Origin: Alphaproteobacteria bacterium | GTDB taxonomy: Bacteria; Pseudomonadota; Alphaproteobacteria; MPNO01; UBA830 | Assembly (NCBI GenBank): GCA_964291215.2 | Contig: OZ219790.1 | Location: 1,568,001-1,632,000, forward strand | DNA length: 64,000 bases | Direction of reading: 5' to 3' | Notes under the pieces: model-generated | What the model was told of the DNA's origin: nothing | The model's database searches: none | Seen by the model: only the letters and a program-made list of their open reading frames with translations | Made by a program: the position numbers and the translations under genes | Shown here: in pieces, positions 1 to 10,293 of the stretch | Layout: the number at the start of each line of letters is the position of its first letter | Position numbering within the stretch: position 1 is the stretch's first letter

Positions 1-175
1 TCGAACCGCTGCACGCCACCGTCGCCGCCAAAGGCCGCCGCAACCACCCTGCCCCACAGCTGCTGTCTGCCCGAACGGCCGTCGCGCATCCGTTCGATGC
101 GATGATGCGATGCGCCCGCTTGCTGGGCCCCGGGCCGTCTGGCAGGATGCGCTCATGCTGAAAGAGGGAGCGTCG

Positions 176-916
176 ATGTTCCTGGATCACGTCAGACCCG
201 GCGGCTGGCGCGCCCGGATAGGGGTTATCGTTCCGCCAAGCAACACCGTCAACGAGACCGAGTTCAATAGGCTCAGGCCGGAAGGGGTGACCTTCCATTT
301 CACCCGATCGCCGCTTCACGCCGATCCGGCCGCGGACGGATTTGCGGCGATGATGCGCGATCTCGATCGAGCAGGTGGCGATCTCGCGAATTGCGGCGTC
401 GATCTGGTGGCCTATGGCTGCACCGCGGGATCGATGGCCTGCCCGGCCGACCTGCTCCTCGGAAGACTGCGCAGGGCCTCGGGTAGCGATGCCGTATCGA
501 CCGCAGGCGCGATCCTCGATGCGTTCGGCGCTCTGGGCATCGGGCGGATCGCGATGGCAACGCCCTACACCAAAGAGACCAACGCACATGAAGCCGGATT
601 CCTCAAGGGCCACGGTATCGAGGTTGCCGCCACATCGGGGCTCGGGCTCGACGCCACGATGGAGAAGATCCGGCAGATCTCGCGCATCGCGCCGCGGGCA
701 GTCTTCGACCATGCCCGCGCGGTTGATCGGCCCGAGGCCGAGGCGCTCTTGATCTGCTGCACTGATTTCAACACGATCGACGTGATCGCGCCGCTTGAGG
801 AGGAGCTGAGCAAGCCAGTGATCACCAGCAACACGGCGACGCTCTGGGCGTCGTTGCGGGCACTCGGGCTCGACGATCGGATCACTTCCTGCGGACGCCT
901 GCTCCGCGACTTCTGA
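176..916 (+). CDS. Maleate cis-trans isomerase / arylmalonate decarboxylase (Asp/Glu racemase) family protein
   Basis: Motifs RIGVIVPPSNTVNE, YGCTAGS, ATPY, ICCTDF, PVITSN; ATG at 176 preceded by GAGGGAG. Confidence 0.85.
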   Translation: MFLDHVRPGGWRARIGVIVPPSNTVNETEFNRLRPEGVTFHFTRSPLHADPAADGFAAMMRDLDRAGGDLANCGVDLVAYGCTAGSMACPADLLLGRLRRASGSDAVSTAGAILDAFGALGIGRIAMATPYTKETNAHEAGFLKGHGIEVAATSGLGLDATMEKIRQISRIAPRAVFDHARAVDRPEAEALLICCTDFNTIDVIAPLEEELSKPVITSNTATLWASLRALGLDDRITSCGRLLRDF

Positions 917-1099
917 AGCCGATCTCCCGGCGCGCCCTCCCCGGAAATGCGAACCCGCCGGCCTGCGGCGACGCGGGCCGGCCGCCCGGAACCAGCGGGC
1001 CACCTCCCCCGCCGCGCCACCAGCATCCGACAGTGGAAGCGGCGATTGACGACCCCGTCAGCGGCACAGACCGAATCGGATCCCGCGATGCGGCCCGCA

Positions 1100-1499
1100 A
1101 CATGTTGTCGGTTGGATAAAACGGCGGAATTTCGGCGATTCGCCGCGCTTTTCAGGGTCGTGTTTCTTTGCTGTTGTCAGGTCCTGTTGTCGCGGTTTCA
1201 GTGTTTGTCTGTTTGTCTCTGTGAATGCCGCCCGTTTTCTTCCCTGTTGTCGTTTCGGTCCGGTTCCGGTTTTTCTGCCGGCATGTGATCCGGGCTCCTG
1301 AGGGTTGTCGGGAGGGTTCTGGTGTTTCGCGGGATCGTCTGCTTCCCTGTCGCCCGGGTCCTGTTGTCCGGGCCCGGCGCGCCCTCGCGACGCCAGCACC
1401 AACAGATCAGCCTCGCCGCAAGGAGCCCTCCCAACGTCAGGACCATCGTCCTCGCGCAGGACCACGACGAGGCCGGAGAACGTCAGAAGAAGAAGGCCG
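1100..1499 (-). mobile_element. Possible 3' remnant of an unidentified IS
   Basis: A-poor, G/T-rich non-coding tract resembling the other IS 3' regions in the window (34900, 59870-60340); abuts the IS256 left end; family not recognisable. Confidence 0.25.
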
Positions 1500-3877
1500 G
1501 GTATTGTAACTTGATGTCTGGAAATTTGTCTGAGGTTTGCGCTTTGAGGCGTTTCACTGGGGGGGCTAGTAGTCTGGCATTATTGGATTGAGGAATATAG
1601 TGACTTCAGTTCCGTCCAGGCATCCTTCGTCGTGAAACGCCAGTCGACAGTGACATCGGCCGCATTGCGGCGCTCGACCCACGCCACGGTCTCCCGCAGC
1701 ATGGTGTCGCGGTCGGGAATGCGTCGCCGAAGGCATTGCCGCGACAGCGCACCGATCTCGATCTCGGCCATGTTGAGCCAGCTTCCGTGCTTCGGCGTGT
1801 AGCGAAACTCGAACCGCTTTCGCACCCGCCTCCTCGGGCTCGAAGGCTTCATACAGCGACTGTGCGTGTTCAGGTTGTCCAGCACGATCTTTCTGTCGGG
1901 GAAATGGTCGTCGGCAAGCTCCCGGATGAAGTGCGCCCGGTCCCGCGGCGGTCGGTGACTTTCACCGTGCGCCAGTTCTCGTTGGGCGCAAAGGCCATGA
2001 AGAGGTTGGCCGTACCGTTGCGCTCATATTCATAGTCGACCACCTCCGGCTGACCGGAGGACGGGGGGGGGGGGGGGGTCCTTCGTCTGCTGCCGGCTGG
2101 TCTCAGCACCTCGTCCCTGGCAAAGTCCCGCTGATAAGTGTCGAGCACATCCGCCGCTACGAACTGTGCGCTCCGGTGCGGTGGAATGCACCGGTTCAGC
2201 CACGGCTTGATCTCTTTTTTTTTGAGCGTCTTCCTGACCGTCTCTTCCGAAATGCGCTCGACGATCTCCACCAGACGGCCGGCGAGCAGCGTCCACAGCC
2301 CTCGGGCGGGGACGAGACCAGATTCGCCTCCATCGCCCCCGTTTCGGCCGACGGTTCACCTGCTCCTTGCGGCTGAGGGCTGCGTCCAGCCCCTCCAGGA
2401 CGCAGCGCTTGCGCAAACGCTCGACCGTCGCCGTGCCCAGCGCAATGTCGGCATCGACAAGCGCCCCCTCAGCATCAGGATTTGTGCCCGGCGCCAGGCA
2501 GCCCCGGTGCCGTCGACAATCGCCTTCAGATCCCGGCGCTCCTGCGCTGAAAGGGTCACCCGGTAGAGCTTCCTGCCCCGAGAGTTGGCCATATACGTTG
2601 CTCCTGTCATTGCGCCGCTCCCGTTGTCCGGACCTGCACATGGGGCTGCGGCTGCCTGCCTGTTCGGCATCTTGCCCGTGTGGATATTGGCACTGTCCAG
2701 ATTCCAACACAGGAATACTACCCACCAAAAACCATCAATACAATGCCGGTGGACTACTAGCCTCCAGTGAAACGCGGCGCCATCGTACTATCCCATGGAG
2801 CTGTAAACATTCATGGAGGAAGCGAATGGAGCTGCGACACACTACGACGATTGAGGCCGTTTTGGAACATCTGATCGCAAACGGAGCAACGGATCTGGGG
2901 CGGGTCTTTGGCCAGCTCTTCGAGCTTGCGATGCAAATCGAGCGCGAGCAGCACTTGAAAGCGGGCCACCGGACGCCGGAGCGACAGGGCCAACGGCTAC
3001 AAGCGGATCGACACCCCCACTGTTACCATTCAGGTGCCAAACGGTCACGGAGACGACCCGTCCCCAGTCGCTTGAACGCGGCCAGCGATCTTCTCGCGCC
3101 GTAGCCGAGATGTACATCAAGGGTGTTTCCACACGGCAGGATGTAATGCGCGAGTTCGGGAGCCTGTCCTCTTCTCAGGTCAGCCGGGCCACCAGGTTGC
3201 TCGATGAAGAACTCGCCGCGCAATCGGCCCCTGATGAAATACCTGGATACGCGCTACGAAAAAGCCCGCCATGACAGCGTTGTGCGCGATGTCGCAGTGC
3301 TCTCGGCCATCGGAATAGGGGCTGCAGGCACGTTCTGGGGCTCTCTGTGGCGCTCTCCGAGGCCGAGGTCCATTGGAGAGCTTTCCCGGAAAGCTTGCTA
3401 GCCCTGCATGGTACGACCTTCATCGTCTCGGATGCCGGGCTGAAAGCGGCACGACGCGCGGTGCTGGGCGCGACGACATGGCAGCGCTGCCAGTTCCACT
3501 TGGCACAAAACGCCGTGCACCCAACAACGACATCAGGAAACGTATTGGAAAACAGCTCAGAGCCACGCCTCCTCACTCCAAACCGCCGAGGCTGAACTGG
3601 CCGCCCTCGTGGCCAGCGACAAGCATCCAGGCTTCCTGGCTGGAAAACAATGCGGGGCTCGCTGTCTTCACCTTGCCCAATGCTCACCGCAAGCGCATGC
3701 GAACCTCGAACGGCATCAAGCGACCGATCCAGCAAGAGCTCAAGCGGCGCACCTCCAAAGTCAGGGTCTTTCCGAACCTCGCCTCGTTGGAGCGCCTCTC
3801 AACCGCAGTCCTCATCGACGAAAAATGGGAAACCGAAACCAAGATCAAATGGGAACAGCTCGACAGGTTGCGTAATC
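1500..3877 (+). mobile_element. IS256-family element, copy 1, degraded and interrupted by IS630
   Basis: Left end ggtattgtaacttgatgtctggaaatt; partly deleted right end caggttgcgtaatc; transposase fragments MELRHTTTIEAVLEHL, AEMYIKGVSTR, WQRCQFHL, RMRTSNG, VRVFPN; near-identical to 41842-43064. Confidence 0.9.
1570..2756 (-). mobile_element. IS630-family element, degraded
   Basis: Ends tagtctggcatt / aatgccggtggacta flanked by CTAG at 1566-1569 and 2757-2760; fragments DYEYERNGTANLF, LDNLNTH, YTPKHGSWLNMAEIE; A-tract frameshift site near 2215-2223. Confidence 0.9.
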
Positions 3878-3916
3878 GAAACATGCGCTTCTCCCATTGC
3901 GGTAGTGTCTCACTTT

Positions 3917-3964
3917 GACTTTCTTGGCGTATCATACCAAGATTTTCTTAGCGTATCATACCAA
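3917..3964. repeat. 24-bp tandem duplication at an IS630 end
   Basis: gactttcttggcgtatcataccaa followed by gattttcttagcgtatcataccaa (2 mismatches). Confidence 0.85.
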
Positions 3965-4888
3965 CGGTGCCGGTTCAGAACCCATGCGCTTATTTTCGGG
4001 TTCCGATGGAGGCGATGCGTGGGGGCCGCGAGACGAGATTGTTCCAAGCCTGGCAGCAGTGATCGAGTATGTCGTCGTAGTTCTGGAAGACGCGGTTCGA
4101 GAGCCAGTTGTCGCGCATGAACTGCCAGACATTCTCGACAGGATTGAGCTCGGGGGACCGGGGCGGGAGCGGCATGAGGGTTATGTTGTCGGGCACTTGG
4201 AGGGTCGAGGAGGTGTGCCATCCGGCCCGGTCGAGCATGACGAGGGCATGGGCTCCGGGTTCGACGGTGAGGGCGATCTCGGCGAGGTAGGCGTTGAGTG
4301 CCTCCGTGTTGGCGTGAGGCATGACGAGGCCGGCGGCCTTGCCCTTATGCGGGCATATGGCGCCGAAGATGTAGGCCGATGTCGTTCTCTGGTCCTTGGG
4401 CGCTGACGGTCGGGTGCCGCGTTTCGCCCATCGCCGGGTGATCTTGTTCTTCTGCCCGACGCGCGCTTCGTCCTGCCACCAGACTTCGACCTCGACGCCG
4501 TCACCGAGTGCAGCGCGGATTTCCCTCAGGCGGTCGGGGAAGTTTTTTTGAACGCCGCCAGCGCAGCTTCGTCCTGGGCATAGTGGCGCGGGCGCGCAGA
4601 GAGCTTGGCGTAGCCCATGCGACGCAACTCCTGTCCGACCGTCGTCACCCCCAGCGACACGCCGAACTGCTTGCTGAGCCATGCCGCCAAGTCGCAGCGC
4701 CGCCACCGCACCACGCCGTGGATCGCCGGGTCCGGACCACTCTCCACTACCGCCGCCAGTGCCGCGCGCTGTTCCTCGCTCAGTTTGTAAGCCGGACCCG
4801 GAGCCTTGCGGTTCACCAGGCCCGCCGGACCCTCCGCGTTGAAGCGCAGCACCCAGTCCCGAATGATCTGCAGCCCCACCCCCGCTAA
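3956..4888 (-). mobile_element. Second IS630-family element, 5'-truncated (winged-HTH plus DDE ORFs, A7 frameshift site)
   Basis: VWWQDEARVGQK, LDRAGWH, PPRSPELNPVENVWQ; upstream frame DWVLRFNAEGPAGL, HGVVRWR, KLSARPRH; TTCAAAAAAAC slippery site near 4543-4550. Confidence 0.9.
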
Positions 4889-4975
4889 CCCGAAGTTCCA
4901 GCGCCGATCAGGCGTATCATTATGAATATATTGGTGTTTGAGAGAACGGGAAGTCCATTTCTGGGCTTCCCGTTC
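4889..4975. mobile_element. IS terminal fragment (IS1634-like end) with hairpin
   Basis: Starts cccgaagttcc where it cuts the IS630; hairpin gaacgggaagtcca...tgggcttcccgttc. Confidence 0.35.
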
Positions 4976-5175
4976 GCTTTCGCTACGGCCCTCCGGTTTG
5001 CTCGCCGCTCTGGCTGACCGAACCGGCTGGGCACTGCGTCCCAGCCAGCCCACAACGGCTTTTACGTCCCGGCTCGCTGGTCCAGGGTTGCCCCTGAACC
5101 AATGCTACGGTGCCAAACTGAGAATTGCGCCGGCGGGACTTACACCCGCAAGTACAGCAGCTGAACTCGCTGCAA
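4976..5175 (-). ncRNA. Group II intron 5' (domain I) fragment
   Basis: Minus strand reads ttgcagcgagttcagctgctgtacttgcgggtgtaagtcccgccggcgcaattctcagtttggcaccgtagc...ggcgagcaaaccggagggccgtagcgaa, resembling GUGCAGCG-type bacterial group II intron 5' ends; no RT ORF or domains V/VI seen. Confidence 0.65.
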
Positions 5176-6449
5176 ATCCGATCGATCCATTCGTCCGCCC
5201 ACCCCTCCGGCTGCGGCCGGCGCAGTCCGGAAAGTCGCGCCGACAATGCGCCTGGCAACAGCACAGGATGAAAGGGCCACAGGCGCGCCAGCTTCTTGCA
5301 GGCGCCGTAGCGGTCGCAGACCGGATACATGGGGCCGACGACATCCGCGAATAGCTTCGCCGCGACCTCGGCGCTGCGCGAGGGAGAGAACCGCGTCACG
5401 GCCGACCGATGTCCGGAGCCAGGCGCGACTTCCGGACCTCCCTCAGGGCCCGGATGCATCGGCATGGCGCAGACCCCGGTGCGCGAGGACCGCGTCCCGA
5501 AGCGGCAGGGGCAGCATCCGGCTCGTGGAGCCGGCCAGCGTTCCCGGCGAAAGCCCTTGGACGCGGCGCAAGGGCCGCATGCACGCGCTCGTGCAGCACA
5601 TGCGTCCACACCCGAATGCGGTGCCGGGAAACAGCCGCCACCTCGCTCGGCGAACCGGGGCAGTCACAGCCCCGGCGGACAATCCGCCGCTTTTGATCTC
5701 GATGATCCTGGTGCGAACCGTTGGCAACGCAGCACGAGCAGGCGTCCTCCGCCACCTCCAGCCGCTCCTCCACCTCCTCGAGCGCCGGCCCGCGGCGTAC
5801 GGCCATGGCCAGAAGCGCCGCGCTTCGATGACGCCCGCTGCCTCTTCTCGCTCTTGCGCCCGTACGACCTGTTCGAACGAAGCTTGTCGTTCTCCGCCTC
5901 GAGCGCCCCGACCCTTCAGAACCTTCATCGCGGTCTTCAGGCCGGCATTCTCCATGCGCAGCGATACCACCGTCGACCGCTTCCGCGCATCAACGCCGGC
6001 CTCGGCAAGAAGCCCGCCCGGACGCGCAACCTTCTGCTTCAGCGCAAGAGACTTCTTCGCCGTCCGCCGAACTTCCTTGACCTCTGCACGGGCAGCTGCC
6101 AGCTTCTCGCGATTGCTCTCGAAAATCGCCTTCAGGGAATTCGCGCGGCTGCGCCCCTCCACCTCCTGCAAGCGCAGCTCCTCACGGCGCCCCTCCGCAG
6201 CCGCCGTGCGGGCTTCCGCAGCCTCGGCTCGAATACGCTCGCGATCGTACAGGGATTTCCAGGTGACCGCATCACAACACGACGACTGCGGCACGTCGCC
6301 AGCGGCATCCGATGATGACACGAAATCCTCGATGCACATGACCGTGCACGACCTGACAGCACCGCCAAAAAAAATTACCGGCCCCCTTCTCCGAATCACC
6401 AAAATAAACCTCAGCGCAGATCGTCATCACCGCATGAACGAACGCTTAC
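5176..6449 (-). mobile_element. IS66-family element type A, 5' part, degraded
   Basis: Terminus GTAAGCGTTCGTTCATGCGGTGA (minus strand, from 6449); homologous to about 35875-37125. Confidence 0.85.
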
Positions 6450-6710
6450 TGTTGTACCCTCGTGTCGCTACGATCGCGCAATGTGATCTGGAGCGGGGAC
6501 AAGCGTACACACGGCCAACCGGAAAAGAAAAAGGCCCGACAATCCTCCGCAAACGACACGCCCATGTCCGAATGCGCCCCCGCGCACAGCCACGGTCAAG
6601 CGGGTGAAACCTGACGATCGGTTGCGTAGGATGATCGCGGCATGTCCGGGGATTGTCACATGCGTGTCAATCAGCGAGCATCACGCATCGCTTCGATCGC
6701 CCAAGAGGCC

Positions 6711-6890
6711 ATGACAATCCAATATCGACCACGACCTGCTGCCGGGAAAATCGTGAAGCAGAACCACATCGGCGAAACGGTTTTCGACCTGCTCCGCCAG
6801 ACACTTGCTGGCGTCGAACCGCACGAAATCGCCGAAACACGATCACCGCCGCGGACGACCGGGTTCGATATGCCCCGGACTCGCCGATGA
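6711..6890 (+). pseudogene. Short ORF, possibly an internally deleted GntR-type regulator
   Basis: RBS AAGAGG; VKQNHIGETVFDLLRQ resembles a GntR N-terminal helix; ATGA overlap with the kinase. Confidence 0.3.
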
Positions 6891-7885
6891 CCGACCCCGA
6901 GATTCTCCGGTCACTGCGCGACCACGAGGTCATCGGCCCGAACGAGGTTCCGACCTTCCGGCCGCTTGAGGGCGGCGTGTCCTCCGACATCTGGCGCGTC
7001 GACCGCACCGACGGCAGCATATGCGTCAAGCGCGCCCTCGCCCGCCTCAGGACCGAAAAGGAATGGCACGCCCCGGTCTCCAGGAACGCGAGCGAGGCCG
7101 AGTGGATACGGACAGCCGCCGGCATCCTGCCCGACGCCGTACCGAGCCTGATCGCCGAGGACCGGGAGCGCGGCCTCTTCGTCATGGAATTTTTCGCCCC
7201 CGGCACCCACCCGGTATGGAAGGCACAACTCCGCGACGGCATCGTTTCCGCCGATACAGCGGCGCTTGTCGGCGCCGCGCTCGGCACCATCCACGCCGCT
7301 ACCGCCGGCAGTGACCGGATCGCACAGCGTTTCGCTAATGACAGGATCTTCCACGCCATCCGGATCGAGCCCTACCTCCTCAGGACCGCCACGGCCCATC
7401 CGGATCTCCGCGCCGCCCTCGCAGGCCTTGCCGAGGCGACGGCGGCAACCCGGAAGACTCTGGTGCACGGCGACGTCAGCCCCAAGAACATCCTGGCTGG
7501 CCCCCGCGGACCCGTCTTTCTCGACGCCGAATGCGCCTGGTACGGGGATCCCGCCTTCGACATCAGCTTCTGCCTCAACCACCTCCTCCTCAAATGCATC
7601 TGGCGGCCGCAGTTCGCCGACGCCTATGTCGAGGCGTTCGCAACTCTCGCGGCGGCGTATTTCGGGCATGTCGACTGGGAGTCCCCGAGCCGGCTCGAGG
7701 CGCGCGCCGCAGCCCTGCTCGGCGGGCTGATGCTGGCCCGCATCGACGGCGCGTCGCCGGTCGAATACCTCACCGCCGAGCCCGATCGGGACTGCGTCCG
7801 GCGCACCGCGCGCCGCGCGCTCCGCGATCCCCCGGAAACCCTGGCCGGATTCTGCCGCCTCTTCCGTTCGGAGACCGCCGCATGA
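6887..7885 (+). CDS. Aminoglycoside phosphotransferase / methylthioribose-kinase-like small-molecule kinase
   Basis: GGVSSDIW, CVKRAL, LVHGDVSPKNIL, FLDAECA, GDPAFD. Confidence 0.85.
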   Translation: MTDPEILRSLRDHEVIGPNEVPTFRPLEGGVSSDIWRVDRTDGSICVKRALARLRTEKEWHAPVSRNASEAEWIRTAAGILPDAVPSLIAEDRERGLFVMEFFAPGTHPVWKAQLRDGIVSADTAALVGAALGTIHAATAGSDRIAQRFANDRIFHAIRIEPYLLRTATAHPDLRAALAGLAEATAATRKTLVHGDVSPKNILAGPRGPVFLDAECAWYGDPAFDISFCLNHLLLKCIWRPQFADAYVEAFATLAAAYFGHVDWESPSRLEARAAALLGGLMLARIDGASPVEYLTAEPDRDCVRRTARRALRDPPETLAGFCRLFRSETAA

Positions 7886-9135
7886 GCGAGATCGCCGCGC
7901 TTCGCGGACGCCGCGTTTGGGATTCGCGAGGCCGCCCGACCGTCGAGGCGGAAATCACACTGTCGAACGGCGTCGTCGGACGCGGGATCGCACCTGCCGG
8001 GGCCTCGCGCGGCTCCGGCGAGGCAGTCGATCTGCGCGACGGCGGCCCGGAATTCGGGGGATTCGGGGTGCGCGCCGCCGTCGCCGGCATAAACGGCGAG
8101 ATCGCGAACCTGATGAAGGGACGGGACGCCTCCGACCAGGAGGCGATCGACCAAGCGCTTGTCCGCGCCGACGGGACCGCCGACAGGTCGCGGCTTGGCG
8201 GCAACGCCACGATCGCGGTGTCGATGGCCGTGCTCGACGCCGCGGCCGCGGACGAGGGCGCACCACTCTGGCAATACCTTGCCGGTGGCCGCCCCGTCAG
8301 GCTGCCGATGCCCGAGATCCAGATCTTCGGCGGCGGCGTCCATGCCGGCAACCGCATCGACATACAGGACGTGATGGCGCTGCCGGTCGGCGCGCAGACA
8401 TTCGACGAGGCGCTGGAGATGGTAGCCGAGGTCTATCGCGCTGCCGGACAGATTCTCGAGGCCTCGGGCAGGAAGTTCGGGATCGCCGACGAGGGCGGCT
8501 GGTGGCCCGCCTTCGAATCCAACGATGAAGCTCTCGCCACCCTGACGCGGGCGATCGAGAGCGCCGGGCTGAAGCCGGGCGACGAGGTTGCCGTCTCGCT
8601 CGACATAGCGGCGTCCGAATTCGGGAGCGAAGGGCGCTACCGCATCGAGGGCCGCGAGTTCGAACGCGGCGAGTGGATCGACACGCTCCTGGGATGGCTC
8701 GGCCGCTACCCCGTGGTCTCCGTCGAGGACCCTATCGCCGAGGACGACACAGACGGCTTCCGCGCCTTCACCGAAGCCTGCGGAGACCGCGTCCAGGTCG
8801 TGGGCGACGACCTGATTGTGACGGACGCCACGCGCATCGAGCATGCAGCGCGGGAGCGTCTCTGCAATACGGCATTGATCAAGCCCAACCAGGCCGGCAC
8901 GATCACCGAGACCCGCGCCGCTCTCGATGCCGCCCGCGCCGCCGGCTGGGCAACCATCGCGTCAGCCCGCTCGGGCGAAACCGAAGATGTTGCCATCGCC
9001 CATCTCGCCGTCGGCTGGAACGCCGGCCAGCTCAAGGTCGGATCGTTTGCCAGATCGGAGCGCATGGCCAAATGGAACGAGGTGCTGAGGATAGAGGAGC
9101 AGATGGGCGACAAGGCGGAGCTCGCGCGGCCATGA
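7882..9135 (+). CDS. eno: Enolase (phosphopyruvate hydratase) paralog with atypical residues
   Basis: DSRGRPTVE, LGGNAT, ADEGG, VEDP, VGDD, LIKPNQAGT, RSGETED, RSERMAKWNEVLRIEE. Confidence 0.9.
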   Translation: MSEIAALRGRRVWDSRGRPTVEAEITLSNGVVGRGIAPAGASRGSGEAVDLRDGGPEFGGFGVRAAVAGINGEIANLMKGRDASDQEAIDQALVRADGTADRSRLGGNATIAVSMAVLDAAAADEGAPLWQYLAGGRPVRLPMPEIQIFGGGVHAGNRIDIQDVMALPVGAQTFDEALEMVAEVYRAAGQILEASGRKFGIADEGGWWPAFESNDEALATLTRAIESAGLKPGDEVAVSLDIAASEFGSEGRYRIEGREFERGEWIDTLLGWLGRYPVVSVEDPIAEDDTDGFRAFTEACGDRVQVVGDDLIVTDATRIEHAARERLCNTALIKPNQAGTITETRAALDAARAAGWATIASARSGETEDVAIAHLAVGWNAGQLKVGSFARSERMAKWNEVLRIEEQMGDKAELARP

Positions 9136-10070
9136 AGGCGGTTCTCCACCATGACGCCAGCCCGGGCTTTCGGAACCGGATCGTCGGGGCCGCACCGGAC
9201 TGGCTCGGTATCATCGTCGTTCCCGAGACCGACCCGGAGACCTTTGCGCGGGAGATGGCCAGTGCTGAGGTTCTGCTGCACGTGCTGGAACGTGTGACAG
9301 CCGGAGCGATCCGGGCCGCACCCGGCCTCCGGTTGATCCAGAAGATCGGCGTCGGCGTCAATACCATCGACCTCGATGCCGCCTCGCGTCACGGGGTGGC
9401 CGTTTGCAACATGCCGGGCACCAATTCGCGCGCGGTCGCGGAAATGACGCTGGCCCTCATGCTCGCCGCGCTCAGAAAGGTCGCTGGACTTGATCGGCTG
9501 ACGCGCGAATCGCGGCCACCGGATCCCCTTGGCTTCGACGCGGTCGGCGAAATCGGCGGCCGCGCGGTCGGACTCTTGGGCTACGGCGAAGTGGTGCGCC
9601 TGCTGGCCCCGGTTCTCGCCGCCATGGGCGCGCGGGTGCTCTACACTGCAACGGCGCCCAAGCCGGAAGCCGAGGCCGAGTGGCGCGACCTGCCCGCCCT
9701 TCTCCGGGAATCGGATATCGTTTCCCTGCATCTGCCGCTGAACCCAGCGACGGAAGGGATGATCGATTCTGAGGCCATCGGACGCATGAAGCCCGGCGCC
9801 GTGCTGGTCAACACGGCGCGCGGCGGCCTCGTCGACGAAGGCGCGCTCGTCGACGCGCTCGTCTCGGGTCGCCTGATGGCAGCGGGCCTCGACGTGACCG
9901 CCATCGAGCCGGTTCCGGCCGGCAACCCGCTCCTCACGCTGCCCAATGTCGTGCTGACGCCGCACGTCGCCTGGCTGACACCCGAGACCCTGGATCGCAG
10001 CCTGCATGTCGCCTTCGAGAACTGCCGACGGCTTCGCGACGGAGACGATCTTCTCCACCGCGTCACCTGA
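9132..10070 (+). CDS. D-2-hydroxyacid dehydrogenase family protein
   Basis: GLLGYGEV, SDIVSLHLPL, LVNTARGGLVDE, GLDV, LTPHVA. Confidence 0.9.
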   Translation: MKAVLHHDASPGFRNRIVGAAPDWLGIIVVPETDPETFAREMASAEVLLHVLERVTAGAIRAAPGLRLIQKIGVGVNTIDLDAASRHGVAVCNMPGTNSRAVAEMTLALMLAALRKVAGLDRLTRESRPPDPLGFDAVGEIGGRAVGLLGYGEVVRLLAPVLAAMGARVLYTATAPKPEAEAEWRDLPALLRESDIVSLHLPLNPATEGMIDSEAIGRMKPGAVLVNTARGGLVDEGALVDALVSGRLMAAGLDVTAIEPVPAGNPLLTLPNVVLTPHVAWLTPETLDRSLHVAFENCRRLRDGDDLLHRVT

Positions 10071-10293
10071 TCAGGGACTGCACGTGATCGGATCCGCGCT
10101 GCTCGCGGGAGCGGAAGCCTGACGGGTTTCCGCGTCGGCAGGCCGGCCTGGAGCTCCGCGTCGGCAAGCCCGGATCGGGTTTTCCGGAGAGCAGAGCCTT
10201 CGGCCTTTGACGGATGTCCGTCAGCCACGGGCGGTCACGCCCGGCGACCGGCCCCGCGCAACCGGCGACCGGTTGCGTCTCGCCGGCCGGCCG

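Noticed and set aside
2826-3870. Programmed frameshifting or RNA editing restoring the IS256 transposase
   Set aside because: Many conserved residues are physically missing, and no slippery sites or templates are visible
3917-3964. Direct repeats here and at 28146-28189 as a CRISPR array
   Set aside because: Only two adjacent units each, no spacers and no cas genes in the window
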